Positions 32,067 through 41,758 of a stretch of DNA of 64,000 nt are shown here, in pieces. The notes under the pieces were generated by a model that saw only the letters and a list, made by a program, of their open reading frames with translations, had not been told where the DNA came from and did no database searches. Each line of letters begins with the position of its first letter. Positions within the stretch are counted from its first letter, which is position 1. A program made the position numbers and the translations under genes. Source of the stretch: an uncultured Bacteroidales bacterium. Lineage in GTDB: Bacteria; Bacteroidota; Bacteroidia; Bacteroidales; JAADJA01. Where the stretch lies: the NCBI GenBank assembly GCA_963761195.1, contig CAVXGA010000018.1, positions 7,285 to 71,284 of the forward strand, in the 5' to 3' direction.

Positions 32067-33638
32067 TTACTTTTTCCAAATATTTCGCAATTCCTGCTCA
32101 ATCTTATCAGTAAACTTTTTAACGTCGGATTTTTTTACTTTTTTCACTTCCTTTTCCAGCTTTTCAAATTGAGCTTTAGCTGTTTTCGTCAAGTTTGGAA
32201 CAATTTTATCTCTCACTTCATCCCCAGCATCTTTCATTACCTTAGCCAGGTCTTCAAGGTCAACCTGTTTGATTAACTCCTTCACTTTTGCATTCGACAT
32301 TTTAACAATGTCATCAAGCGTATAATCCTTTACATCGTCCCATTTCTCCTTTGCATTTTGTTTTGCTTTCTTCCCGGCTGCGGTTGCTTTTTCCTTAACC
32401 GAATCGACAAAATCATCCAATTTTTCTGTTGCCATAGTATGGTTGGTTTTAGAATAACTGTCTTCCACCCTTAACGTAAGGTCGGAAAGCACATTCATAT
32501 AATTTATAAATGCCTCATAAGGCGATGGATAGGGATTAAAATACCGATGTACATCACCATCTGAAAACCATTTTGTACACATATAGTAAAAATGATCACT
32601 TGATTGCAAAAAATTCCAGTCTTTACGAATACTCTTATCTTCACAATGTTCCATTTTACCTTCGAGAGAATAAAGCTTATCAAATGCTTCATCCTGCATT
32701 TCATTACCAAGCCAGGCTGTCAGGTCGCGCTCCTCATCAGCCCAGGAAATCGGTTGTGTAACATAAATTTCTCCAATGGATTTAAGTTTACTAACAATAT
32801 CTTTTGGTTTTTCGAAAATAAAATCGGTTCCCTTTAAGACAATACCGGGCAAAGAAGACATGAAATCGAAAATGCCTGTGCCCGCCCACTGATGCTCGCC
32901 AAATGTTTCATAATCCATAAACAGATTGATGACCGGCTGTTTTTTATCATTAATTTTCAACCATGAAGCATATTTTTCAGCGGTAAGCGGCCATTCACCC
33001 CAGCTTTTATTTGAAAACCGGAAAGCGATATCATCGCTTAACCTAAAATTTTTCAACAACAATTTTAGCTTCGGATTATTCGCATGATTGTATACATAAT
33101 TGGGACTTTTCCAGCCCAAAATATGCTTTGGGCCTTCGGTCAGCATTGTGTTGTATCCCATTTCAGCAACCATTTCCCCGATTTCATCCGAATAAATAAG
33201 TTCCGTATTTCTGAATGTAACCGGAACCTGCCCGAAAAGGTCTTCAATTTTATTACTATGTTTTCTTACCTGCCTGAAGAATTCATTTTTATTTATAAGA
33301 GAAACAAGTGAATGGGAATAAGTTTCAGCCAAAAACTCAACATTTCCAGTCTTTGCAAGTTTTGCAAAACTTTCAAGTACTTCGGGTGCATAGTTCTCAA
33401 ACTGTTCGATAGCAAGGCCCGAAATTGAAAAAGCAATGTTAAAGGACTTTCCATACCTTTTGATCAAATCAAGCATCATAGCATTGGCAGGAAGATAACA
33501 GTTTTTCGCTATTCGCTGGACAATGGATTTGTTCAGAAAATCATCATAGTAATAGTGGTTTACACCCATATCGAAAAAGCGGTATGTGCGGAGCCTTAAT
33601 GGCTGGTGTACCTGGAAATATAAGCAGATTGATCTCAT
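32067..33638 (-). CDS. GH57 alpha-amylase-type protein with C-terminal FliG-C-like extension
   Basis: YFQVHQP, ETYSHSL, FRNTELIY, LSDDIAFRFS, FMDYETFGEH, SWADEERD, QSSDHFYYM, then a roughly 130-aa extra tail. Confidence 0.92.
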   Translation of the reverse strand: MRSICLYFQVHQPLRLRTYRFFDMGVNHYYYDDFLNKSIVQRIAKNCYLPANAMMLDLIKRYGKSFNIAFSISGLAIEQFENYAPEVLESFAKLAKTGNVEFLAETYSHSLVSLINKNEFFRQVRKHSNKIEDLFGQVPVTFRNTELIYSDEIGEMVAEMGYNTMLTEGPKHILGWKSPNYVYNHANNPKLKLLLKNFRLSDDIAFRFSNKSWGEWPLTAEKYASWLKINDKKQPVINLFMDYETFGEHQWAGTGIFDFMSSLPGIVLKGTDFIFEKPKDIVSKLKSIGEIYVTQPISWADEERDLTAWLGNEMQDEAFDKLYSLEGKMEHCEDKSIRKDWNFLQSSDHFYYMCTKWFSDGDVHRYFNPYPSPYEAFINYMNVLSDLTLRVEDSYSKTNHTMATEKLDDFVDSVKEKATAAGKKAKQNAKEKWDDVKDYTLDDIVKMSNAKVKELIKQVDLEDLAKVMKDAGDEVRDKIVPNLTKTAKAQFEKLEKEVKKVKKSDVKKFTDKIEQELRNIWKK

Positions 33639-33679
33639 ATCAATTTAATTTCAAGTTTCACAAAAACATATTCAATTTA

Positions 33680-34993
33680 CTACCTACCAATATCCTTTTT
33701 CAAAGGTAAATTCGCTTGAATGCCTCTGTAAACATCCATAATTTTAGTAGCCGCATGGTCCCATTTAAGATTGTCTACTTCCTCTTTACCGTATTTTATA
33801 AATATTTTAGAAACTGCATTATAATGTAAAAGTCCCCAAATAGCATCCGCCATTCCATTCACATCCCAAAAATCAACTTTAATGGCATGTTTGAGCACTT
33901 CTGCTACCCCCGATTGCCTGGAAACAATAACCGGAACATTTGTCCGCATTGCTTCAAGCGGAACCAGACCAAAAGGTTCTGAAACCGATGGCATAACAAA
34001 AACATCACTTAATGCAAACATATGATCCACATCAGCTCCCTGAAGAAAACCTGTGAAGTGAAACCGGTCAGCTATCTTCAACCGGGCAACCCTTCTGATC
34101 ATGCTGTTCAGCATATCTCCCGAACCTGCCATTACGAAGCGGACATTTCTGTCCTTTTCAAGAATTTTATAAGCAACTTCAATAAAATATTCCGGTCCTT
34201 TCTGAAAAGTAATTCTACCTAAAAATGTGACGACTTTTTCTTTCAGAACCTTTTTTATTTCCAAAATCTCAGGCTTATCAACGGGATCAATGGCATTGTG
34301 AACGGTAAATACTTTTTCAGCTGGTATACCATATCGTTCGATAACAATATTCCTGGTCAGGTTACTTACTGCAATTACTCTGTCAGCTACTGTCATACCG
34401 GTCCGTTCAATATCATAAATGATATTGTTGACATTTTCACCTGTTCTGTCAAATTCGGTGGCATGGATATGAACAACCAACGGTTTTCCGCTGATATTTT
34501 TTGCTGCAATTCCCGCATAATAGGTCAGCCAGTCATGAGCATGAATAATATCAAAATTATATTTAGCGGCTATGGCACCTGCAACGAGCGCATACCTCGA
34601 CACTTCCTCCATCAGATTGTGGCCATATTTCCCTGAAAACTTATAATTCTTCCCAAAAACAGTTTTTTTCCGAAGGAGACTCTCTTTTTTTGTTTGGGTA
34701 GAAATCTTCTCAAACTCTTCCGGATCAAGATAAGGAATAAGATTTGAACCAATTTCTATATAGGTCAGGTTTTTTGCAAATTCAATAAATTCGCTATCTT
34801 CAGCGTCAATAAGTACATCGCTTGCATTGATCAGTCTCACCGCCCGCTGGTCTTCATCACCATAAGCCTTGGGAACAACAAACAATACTTCTGCACCCTG
34901 TTTCAGGAGTGCTTTTGTCATTCCATAACAAGCTGTTCCTAGTCCCCCGGTAATGTGAGGTGGGAATTCCCATCCAAACATTAATACTTTCAT
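33680..34993 (-). CDS. GT4 glycosyltransferase of the glycogen locus
   Basis: MFGWEFPP..GGLG, IHAHDW, HATEFDR, GRITFQKG, PSVSEPFGLVPLEA. Confidence 0.92.
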   Translation of the reverse strand: MKVLMFGWEFPPHITGGLGTACYGMTKALLKQGAEVLFVVPKAYGDEDQRAVRLINASDVLIDAEDSEFIEFAKNLTYIEIGSNLIPYLDPEEFEKISTQTKKESLLRKKTVFGKNYKFSGKYGHNLMEEVSRYALVAGAIAAKYNFDIIHAHDWLTYYAGIAAKNISGKPLVVHIHATEFDRTGENVNNIIYDIERTGMTVADRVIAVSNLTRNIVIERYGIPAEKVFTVHNAIDPVDKPEILEIKKVLKEKVVTFLGRITFQKGPEYFIEVAYKILEKDRNVRFVMAGSGDMLNSMIRRVARLKIADRFHFTGFLQGADVDHMFALSDVFVMPSVSEPFGLVPLEAMRTNVPVIVSRQSGVAEVLKHAIKVDFWDVNGMADAIWGLLHYNAVSKIFIKYGKEEVDNLKWDHAATKIMDVYRGIQANLPLKKDIGR

Positions 34994-34996
34994 TGT

Positions 34997-36955
34997 TTAT
35001 GGTTGGTTTTTTTGTTCGTACTTATTGATTAAATCATTGGTTCTTAACAATTCGGCAACATTCCATGCCTGCGATATTGCACCTTTACCTCTGTAAGGAG
35101 GATCGCCGTAATACAGTTCCGAAACGGTTCCAATTCCGGCAATAAACATCTCGTCTTCAAACCCGCCAAGTATTTTTTTCACCAAAGGCAACCCGCTTTC
35201 GCCGTGGATTTTCAGGTATGCGTCTGCAAACTGCCCGAATAACCATGGAAATACTGAACCCTGATGATAGGCAAGATCTCGTTGCATGATGCTTCCCCGG
35301 TAAATCCCTTTGTAATTAGGATCTTTGGGTGACAATGTTCGTAATCCTCTGGGAGTTAGCAATTCCGCTTCAATCATATGCAATACTTCATGCTGGATTT
35401 CATCCGTAAGTGGGCTGTAAGGCAAAGAGGTTGCAATAACCTGGTTCGGCCGTATCGTGAAATCTTTGTATTCATTCCTTACGACATCGGCAAGATAACC
35501 TTTTTCTTCATCCCAAAATGTATGAATAAAAGAAGTCTTTGCAATCTCTGCAATTTTTTCCCATTTATTGGCCAGCGTTTTTTCTTTAAATTTAGATGCC
35601 AGTTCAACAAAAAAGCAAACCGCATTGTACCAGAGAGCATTAATTTCAACAGCCAACCCGCTCCTGTTAATAAGGGGTTTGCCATCGATTCTTACATTCA
35701 TCCATGTTAATACATCATTATCATCACCCGCATGTAACAATCCATCCTCCTGCATATAAATATGAAAAGAAGTTCCATTCCTGAATTCATCAAGAATTTT
35801 AATCATTACCGATTTATATTTTTCCCAGATAATTTGAGGATCATTGATATAGATTATAAATTGCTGCAAGGCCCAGAAAAACCACAACGGGGCATCCACT
35901 GAATTGTAAATGAACTCATTGTTAATCCGGTTGTTGGGGAAAAACGGTCCCTGCATATAACCGACAATGGTATCCATCGTTTTAAGGAAAAGTTCTGAAT
36001 TGCCGTCCAATAGCGTAAGTCCGGGTAACGCTATAAAAGTATCACGACCGCTGATAGCAAACCAATGATAACCGGCAATCAGTTCAGTCCGGTCATTTTT
36101 TTGTACAAAAAACTGGGTAGCTGCATTTCTCAGGCAATTAACAAAATTGTCTCTCGGTATCCTTCTTTTTACTTCTCGCTTAAAAAGATCTTTGAGCTTG
36201 CCTGGATCCATTTCGTTTAAACCAGCAGAAATCAGTATTGTTTCCCCCACTTCTACATGGATTTCAAAATATCCCGGTACCAGTAAATCCTCTTTATAAT
36301 TATAGCCTCTGCTAATTTCTTTCGAATATTCTATTCCGTAATACCAATTTGGATCGTGGATATATTCAACTTTTTTTGAAAATTGTATAAATAAGGTCGA
36401 ATAGGGTTGATACATTTTTACGCCTATTCCGTTATTAACAGGAATATATGAAGTATCCACATCATTATTTTGTTTACTCAATGAATGGACACTTCTAAAC
36501 GCCAGGAAAGGTTTAAACCTGAGAACGGTTGGAAGATGAGAATTTACAAGTGTATACCTAAACAAAACCCGGTCATCGTTGAAGATAAAAACCCGTTCTT
36601 TAGCCAATACTGTACCACCAACTTTGAAAACTGTTTTAGGTACTGGTTCTGCATCATAACTCTGAAGATATTTATGACCACCTGGTTCATAAAAATCACC
36701 GGCATATTTATGAATCCCAAGATTAAATTCCTGATTATACTGAATTATTGTTTCATCAAATGAGGATAGGAGCACATGGTGCTGATTATCAATTTGGGGT
36801 TGTAATGATACCAGTAACCCATGATACTTTCTGATATTGCATCCTGCAAGAGTTGTACTTGCGTAAGAACCGGCTCCATTCGCTCTCAAGACTTCTCTTT
36901 GCAGGGAAAATTCAAGATTAATCAGTTGCTTTTTCTCAAATTTGATGTAACTCAT
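34997..36955 (-). CDS. Glycogen debranching enzyme/amylo-alpha-1,6-glucosidase (GH133)
   Basis: RKYHGLL, IAGYHWF..GRDTFIALPGL, VDAPLW, TWM, VEINALWYNA, RPNQ, YHQG.VFPW, SQAW. Confidence 0.92.
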   Translation of the reverse strand: MSYIKFEKKQLINLEFSLQREVLRANGAGSYASTTLAGCNIRKYHGLLVSLQPQIDNQHHVLLSSFDETIIQYNQEFNLGIHKYAGDFYEPGGHKYLQSYDAEPVPKTVFKVGGTVLAKERVFIFNDDRVLFRYTLVNSHLPTVLRFKPFLAFRSVHSLSKQNNDVDTSYIPVNNGIGVKMYQPYSTLFIQFSKKVEYIHDPNWYYGIEYSKEISRGYNYKEDLLVPGYFEIHVEVGETILISAGLNEMDPGKLKDLFKREVKRRIPRDNFVNCLRNAATQFFVQKNDRTELIAGYHWFAISGRDTFIALPGLTLLDGNSELFLKTMDTIVGYMQGPFFPNNRINNEFIYNSVDAPLWFFWALQQFIIYINDPQIIWEKYKSVMIKILDEFRNGTSFHIYMQEDGLLHAGDDNDVLTWMNVRIDGKPLINRSGLAVEINALWYNAVCFFVELASKFKEKTLANKWEKIAEIAKTSFIHTFWDEEKGYLADVVRNEYKDFTIRPNQVIATSLPYSPLTDEIQHEVLHMIEAELLTPRGLRTLSPKDPNYKGIYRGSIMQRDLAYHQGSVFPWLFGQFADAYLKIHGESGLPLVKKILGGFEDEMFIAGIGTVSELYYGDPPYRGKGAISQAWNVAELLRTNDLINKYEQKNQP

Positions 36956-37193
36956 ACTTTAGTTAACCTTAATAGTTATAAACGGCGCTACAAAATTAGA
37001 TATTATACTTATATAGCCACGTGAAAATCTGAATGTTTAGAAATTTATTAAAGTAAATTTCTTAATACGTATTGAAGGAAAGGTAATAGAACATGACACT
37101 CCTATCCCAGCAAAGAAAATGAAATAAATAATTATTTATTTCATCACTGAGGAGCCTTAATGAATGAATTTGATGAAAGTATTACCACAAAAA

Positions 37194-37424
37194 TTATTCA
37201 ACAACTGTATTCCAGTTTTTATAAATTTTATAAGAGCTGTAGCTAACGCCGAGCGATATCAAAATAATCAATCCGCAACCAACAGGAGATCCGCCTCCTA
37301 CAGGATCATCCCCTGTCCCTGGACCACCTGTACCCGGGTCGGGAGGTAAATCCGCCTTTGAAATTAACGTAAAGCACAGGAAAAGGAGAATGAAAAGTAG
37401 TGATTTCATTGTAGCTTTAATCAT
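37194..37424 (-). CDS. Small secreted protein with Pro/Gly-rich linker and PID-CTERM-like sorting tail
   Basis: Signal peptide, PPDPGTGGPGTGDDPVGGG, then P-V-G-C-G-hydrophobic-G..Y..YK. Confidence 0.7.
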   Translation of the reverse strand: MIKATMKSLLFILLFLCFTLISKADLPPDPGTGGPGTGDDPVGGGSPVGCGLIILISLGVSYSSYKIYKNWNTVVE

Positions 37425-37543
37425 GACGCCTATTTTTAAAGTAATAATGTAGTCTATTCTACGGTGATTCGAATTAAAAGATTCATAAATTTTAATAATT
37501 TTGTAAGCAATCGAATAATTACATTAATTCCGGGACACTATTC

Positions 37544-39922
37544 ATGAAAATGAAGCTTCTTTATATCCTCTATTTTTTAACCATTACATCAATTTCAGCC
37601 CAAAATATTTCTACAATCGAAGGACATGTTTTGGATTCAGAATCAGCAGAGCCAATTGTAAATTGTGAGGTATTTATCTCTGTTATCGGAACAGGGGTCA
37701 CAACTGATTCCAGTGGGTTTTTTCAATTTCTCAATCTTGAACCTCAAAAATACACCGTTACAATAAATCATGTGGGATTTAAGAAACAAACAATAAACTT
37801 GAACCTAAAAAGAGGAGAAGTGCAGGAACTTAAAATTGTTCTGGAAACAAAGGTTGAACAACTTAGCGAAGTTATTATTGTAGAGCAAAAAGAAAGGGAT
37901 TTGCTGAGAAGCAAACAGCCTTACATTGAAACAAAGATTGGCCGGTCACAGATTGACGAAAATAGTGCAAGAGATGTCGGGGATTTTCTTCGCGGATCAA
38001 ATAATATTTCGGGTATTCGTAAAGGCGGAACTTCCATTGACCCTGTAATCAGAGGGTTTAAATTCAGTCAGTTAAATGTTCAGATGGATAACGGGCAGAA
38101 GATTGAAGGAGGTTGCCCAAACAGGATGGATCCTGCAAGTGCGCATGTTGATATTGACAATCTCGAGATGATTGAAATTATAAAAGGTCCTTATGCTTTG
38201 AAATACGGGCCGGTGCTGGGTGGGGTAATCAATTTGCAAACCATAAATCATGGATTCTCCGATACGGCTCATCTTCATGTCAAAGCTATGAAAGGTTATG
38301 AAACCAATTGGAACGGTAATAAGGAGCAGATCGGGTTAAATGGTGGAATCAAATTTGGGTTTTTCAATATTACGGCAGATAGAAAAGACTATGGCAATTA
38401 CAAGGATGGTAATGGGAATGAAGTCAAATCAGGATTTACTAAATACAATTACGGAGGTAAACTGGGGCTAAAGCCATTTAAAAATCAGACAATTATTGCG
38501 GGTTATGAAAAATCAGTTGGAGAAAATATGTTGTTCCCAACACTTCCGATGGATGAACGCAAAGATGATACCCAACTATATTCGCTTGATTATAATATTA
38601 TTGGTATTCCGTCAGCATTGAAAAACCTGAAGATCAAATTGTATAAGTCGGATGTAAAACATGAAATGGATAATAAAAACAGACCATTTTCAGATACTGT
38701 TGTCGCAGTCTCCACTATTAAGGCTGTTGATCAGGGGGGCAGAATGGAAGCGGCTATAAAAATATCAGAATCCTGTTCACTGACTACCGGAGCTGATTTT
38801 GAGCAAAGTGGAAAAGACGGGGAGCGAATCAAATATATGATCCTTCAGCCAGGACTTCCGGTAAAAAAAGAACAACTTTGGAACAACGCATTGATAAACA
38901 ACACAGGAATATTTGCTGAAATCACTGGTGAAAACAAGACCCTGGAATATATTGGAGCTGTGCGGATCGATTTCAATGTAGCCAATTCAGACGAAATTCT
39001 TGTCAGCAATAAAAACCAGGAAGGCCAAATGGTGACCATCTATAATTATGGTATCGATTCCATCAAATCAAACTACACCAATTACAGTTTCAGTTTTGGA
39101 TTAACCAAACATATCAGTAATAATTTTTCCATCTCGGTTGCAATCGGAAGGGGTGTCAGAAGTCCTGATATTACCGAACGGTTCATTATTTTGCTTCCGA
39201 TCGGATACGATAATTTCGATTATCTTGGAAATCCGCAATTGAAACCGGAGACAAATAATCAGGCGGACCTGACATTTAAGTTTACCACTGACCGGTTCGG
39301 ATTATTTCAGTTAAACGGATTTTACTCTGTTGTGAACAACTATATTGCAGGAAAACAATTGGCACCTGTCCAACAAAAACCGCTTACTGCAGGTGTTTTA
39401 GGAGTGAAGCAATTTAATAATGCCGGAAATGCCAGACTCACGGGCTTTGAGTTTTCGTATTCAACACCGGTAAAATATTTTTTTGGAGGAGATATCCTGG
39501 CTTCATATACCTACGGAATACTTGATAACGCAATCAAATATATGCTGAATGAGCAGGGTGAAGTGGTGGATAACGTTACAATTCAACATGATGCTTTAAC
39601 CGAAATACCACCTTTTGAATCGACCATCATGATTCATTATAATTTTTTTAAAGGTAAATTTATACCGAGAGCCACAGTACGGATGGTAGCTGCTCAAAAC
39701 CATGTATCAGATGCCTTTTATGAAAAAAGTACACCGGGATTTGTCGTTACCGGAGTTTCGTTTAATTTCATTTATAATAAGTACTTTTCGGTTAGTTGTG
39801 GAGTGAATAATATTTTTAATCATGCCTATTATGAGCACCTTAACCGAAATATTGTCGGAAGTACACAAAACTATTTTGAACCGGGACGGATTTTTTATTT
39901 AAACCTCTTCTTTAAACTGTGA
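37544..39922 (+). CDS. TonB-dependent receptor, OprC-like copper transporter
   Basis: Carboxypeptidase-like N-domain; plug DPVIRGF...GGCPNRMDP (CxxxM); HEMDN (HxM); GNPQLKPE; YYEHL; aromatic C-terminus. Confidence 0.88.
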   Translation: MKMKLLYILYFLTITSISAQNISTIEGHVLDSESAEPIVNCEVFISVIGTGVTTDSSGFFQFLNLEPQKYTVTINHVGFKKQTINLNLKRGEVQELKIVLETKVEQLSEVIIVEQKERDLLRSKQPYIETKIGRSQIDENSARDVGDFLRGSNNISGIRKGGTSIDPVIRGFKFSQLNVQMDNGQKIEGGCPNRMDPASAHVDIDNLEMIEIIKGPYALKYGPVLGGVINLQTINHGFSDTAHLHVKAMKGYETNWNGNKEQIGLNGGIKFGFFNITADRKDYGNYKDGNGNEVKSGFTKYNYGGKLGLKPFKNQTIIAGYEKSVGENMLFPTLPMDERKDDTQLYSLDYNIIGIPSALKNLKIKLYKSDVKHEMDNKNRPFSDTVVAVSTIKAVDQGGRMEAAIKISESCSLTTGADFEQSGKDGERIKYMILQPGLPVKKEQLWNNALINNTGIFAEITGENKTLEYIGAVRIDFNVANSDEILVSNKNQEGQMVTIYNYGIDSIKSNYTNYSFSFGLTKHISNNFSISVAIGRGVRSPDITERFIILLPIGYDNFDYLGNPQLKPETNNQADLTFKFTTDRFGLFQLNGFYSVVNNYIAGKQLAPVQQKPLTAGVLGVKQFNNAGNARLTGFEFSYSTPVKYFFGGDILASYTYGILDNAIKYMLNEQGEVVDNVTIQHDALTEIPPFESTIMIHYNFFKGKFIPRATVRMVAAQNHVSDAFYEKSTPGFVVTGVSFNFIYNKYFSVSCGVNNIFNHAYYEHLNRNIVGSTQNYFEPGRIFYLNLFFKL

Positions 39923-39935
39923 TACTAAAATAAAA

Positions 39936-40295
39936 ATGAAAAAGTTACTATATTTATTTGCATTTATACTGATACTTTTGGCATGCGAAAAGGAAAACAG
40001 CAACGTTAAGGTTACCTATAAAGTAAGTAATGCAGTAGCAGAAACAGAAATCGTTTTCAGAAATAGCGATCAGAATATTCAGACGATAAATGTCAATTTT
40101 CAAAGCGCTACAGATGTTTGGTCATATTCATTTGAAACGAAGAAAGGAGAAATTCTTTATGTTTCTGCGATATACCAGGACTCAACTTCAGGAGTAAATG
40201 TTCAAATTTTAACAGATGGAAAAGTCTACAAACAGGGATCGAGCAAAAATGAACCGGGCAGATATGTCACCGTTTCAGGTACTGTCCCCTATTAA
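39936..40295 (+). CDS. Small lipoprotein in the copper-receptor operon
   Basis: LLAC lipobox; beta-rich 119 aa; tight operon spacing. Confidence 0.75.
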   Translation: MKKLLYLFAFILILLACEKENSNVKVTYKVSNAVAETEIVFRNSDQNIQTINVNFQSATDVWSYSFETKKGEILYVSAIYQDSTSGVNVQILTDGKVYKQGSSKNEPGRYVTVSGTVPY

Positions 40296-41107
40296 ATGAT
40301 TACCGAATATCTGCAGTCCTATTGCTGCTCATTGTAACAGTTCTGATCACAAACTCCTGTAAAAAGTCCGAATCGGATCAAAACACTGAAACAACAGGCA
40401 AAATCACGATCCAATTCGCTCATAAAATCGATGGCAACGATATTGTCTACGATACGCTGATATATGTAAATGCAGCTGGAAATCCATATCTGGTAAATGA
40501 AATTCAGTATTTTATTTCGGATGTCGCCTTGTACAAAAATGACGGTTCAACAGTAAAGATCAAAGATTGGAATGACATTTATTATGTTGATACGAATATT
40601 CCCTCCACCTGGAAATGGGAAGTCTATGATAAAATCCCTGAGGGGACTTACGACTCAATCGCATTTATATTTGGAATAACCAAGGAGGAAAACATTTCCT
40701 ATATGTTTGTAAATCCGCCTGAGCGGGATATGTTCTGGCCGGAATTTCTTGGCGGAGGTTATCACTACATGAAGTTAAACGGCAAATGGCTGGCAACCGG
40801 ACAAACAACAGAAACGACTCCGTTTAATTTTCACCTGGGAATCGGACAGATATACTTCAGTTACCCGGATTCAATTTCATCCTTTGTACAAAACTATTTC
40901 CGTGTATCTTTGCCGGGTTCCGGCTTTACTCTTATAAACGGTGAAAATAAAATTATCCATCTGAATATGAATGTAGAAAATTGGTTTCAAGATCCAAATC
41001 TATTCGATTTTAATAGTTGGGGCGGTTATATTATGCAAAACCAGGAAGCCATGCAAATGGCCAAGGAGAATGGTCACAATGTTTTTTCTGTCGATAAAAT
41101 TGAATAA
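40296..41107 (+). CDS. MbnP-like lipoprotein; true start probably ATG 40296 with a missing base
   Basis: NSC lipobox, YFIS.V.L, IPEGTYDSI.F.FG, MFW...GGGYHYMKLNG, FHLG. Confidence 0.75.
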
Positions 41108-41758
41108 ATGATCGGAAGAAATTATTATATACTGATCCTTTTAGTGGGGATTTTAATTATTTTATCCTGCCAGCAGGCAGATGATGTTCCCCCAATTCTT
41201 ACACTTAATGGTAACGATTCCGTTAATCAAATACTAAACTCCCCATATACTGATCAGGGAGCAACGGCAATAGATGAGACAGATGGTACCATTACAAAAA
41301 ATATCTTCGTTGATAATACAGTGAATGTAAATAAAGTAGGTGAATACACTGTGACTTATCATGTAATTGATAAAGCCGGGAATGAGGCAAATCCTTTGAT
41401 AAGAAAGGTAAATGTTTATAACCAAAGCGATGTTTATGCCGGTTATTATTATTTGACCGAAACACAGAAATACCCTGAATCTATATTTTGCGAGTACCAA
41501 ATATCCGTATTGTACGATTCAACAGTTAATAACCGTTTGGTTTTTGATGATTTCGCGTGTAATTTCGGTAAACAGGTTTACTCTGATGTTGAAAATTCGG
41601 CGTTGATCATGCCCTATCAGGTTGTGAGCGATACATTGATATCATTGGTATTACAGGGAAGTGGTAGTATAAATGACACCTCAATGATTTTGGATTACAC
41701 CATTCAATCCGACACCATTAATTCATTGTGGCAAGCAGAAATGAAAAGATTAAAATGA
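41108..41758 (+). CDS. Lipoprotein with DUF5011/Ig-like domain
   Basis: LSC lipobox; PP.LTLNG, YTDQGATA.D..DG, GEYTVTY.V.D.AGN. Confidence 0.82.
   Translation: MIGRNYYILILLVGILIILSCQQADDVPPILTLNGNDSVNQILNSPYTDQGATAIDETDGTITKNIFVDNTVNVNKVGEYTVTYHVIDKAGNEANPLIRKVNVYNQSDVYAGYYYLTETQKYPESIFCEYQISVLYDSTVNNRLVFDDFACNFGKQVYSDVENSALIMPYQVVSDTLISLVLQGSGSINDTSMILDYTIQSDTINSLWQAEMKRLK

Noticed and set aside
37194-37424. Small ORF as a methanobactin (MbnA) precursor
   Set aside because: It has a Sec signal and a TM tail, lacks a Cys-rich core, and no mbnB/mbnC is nearby.
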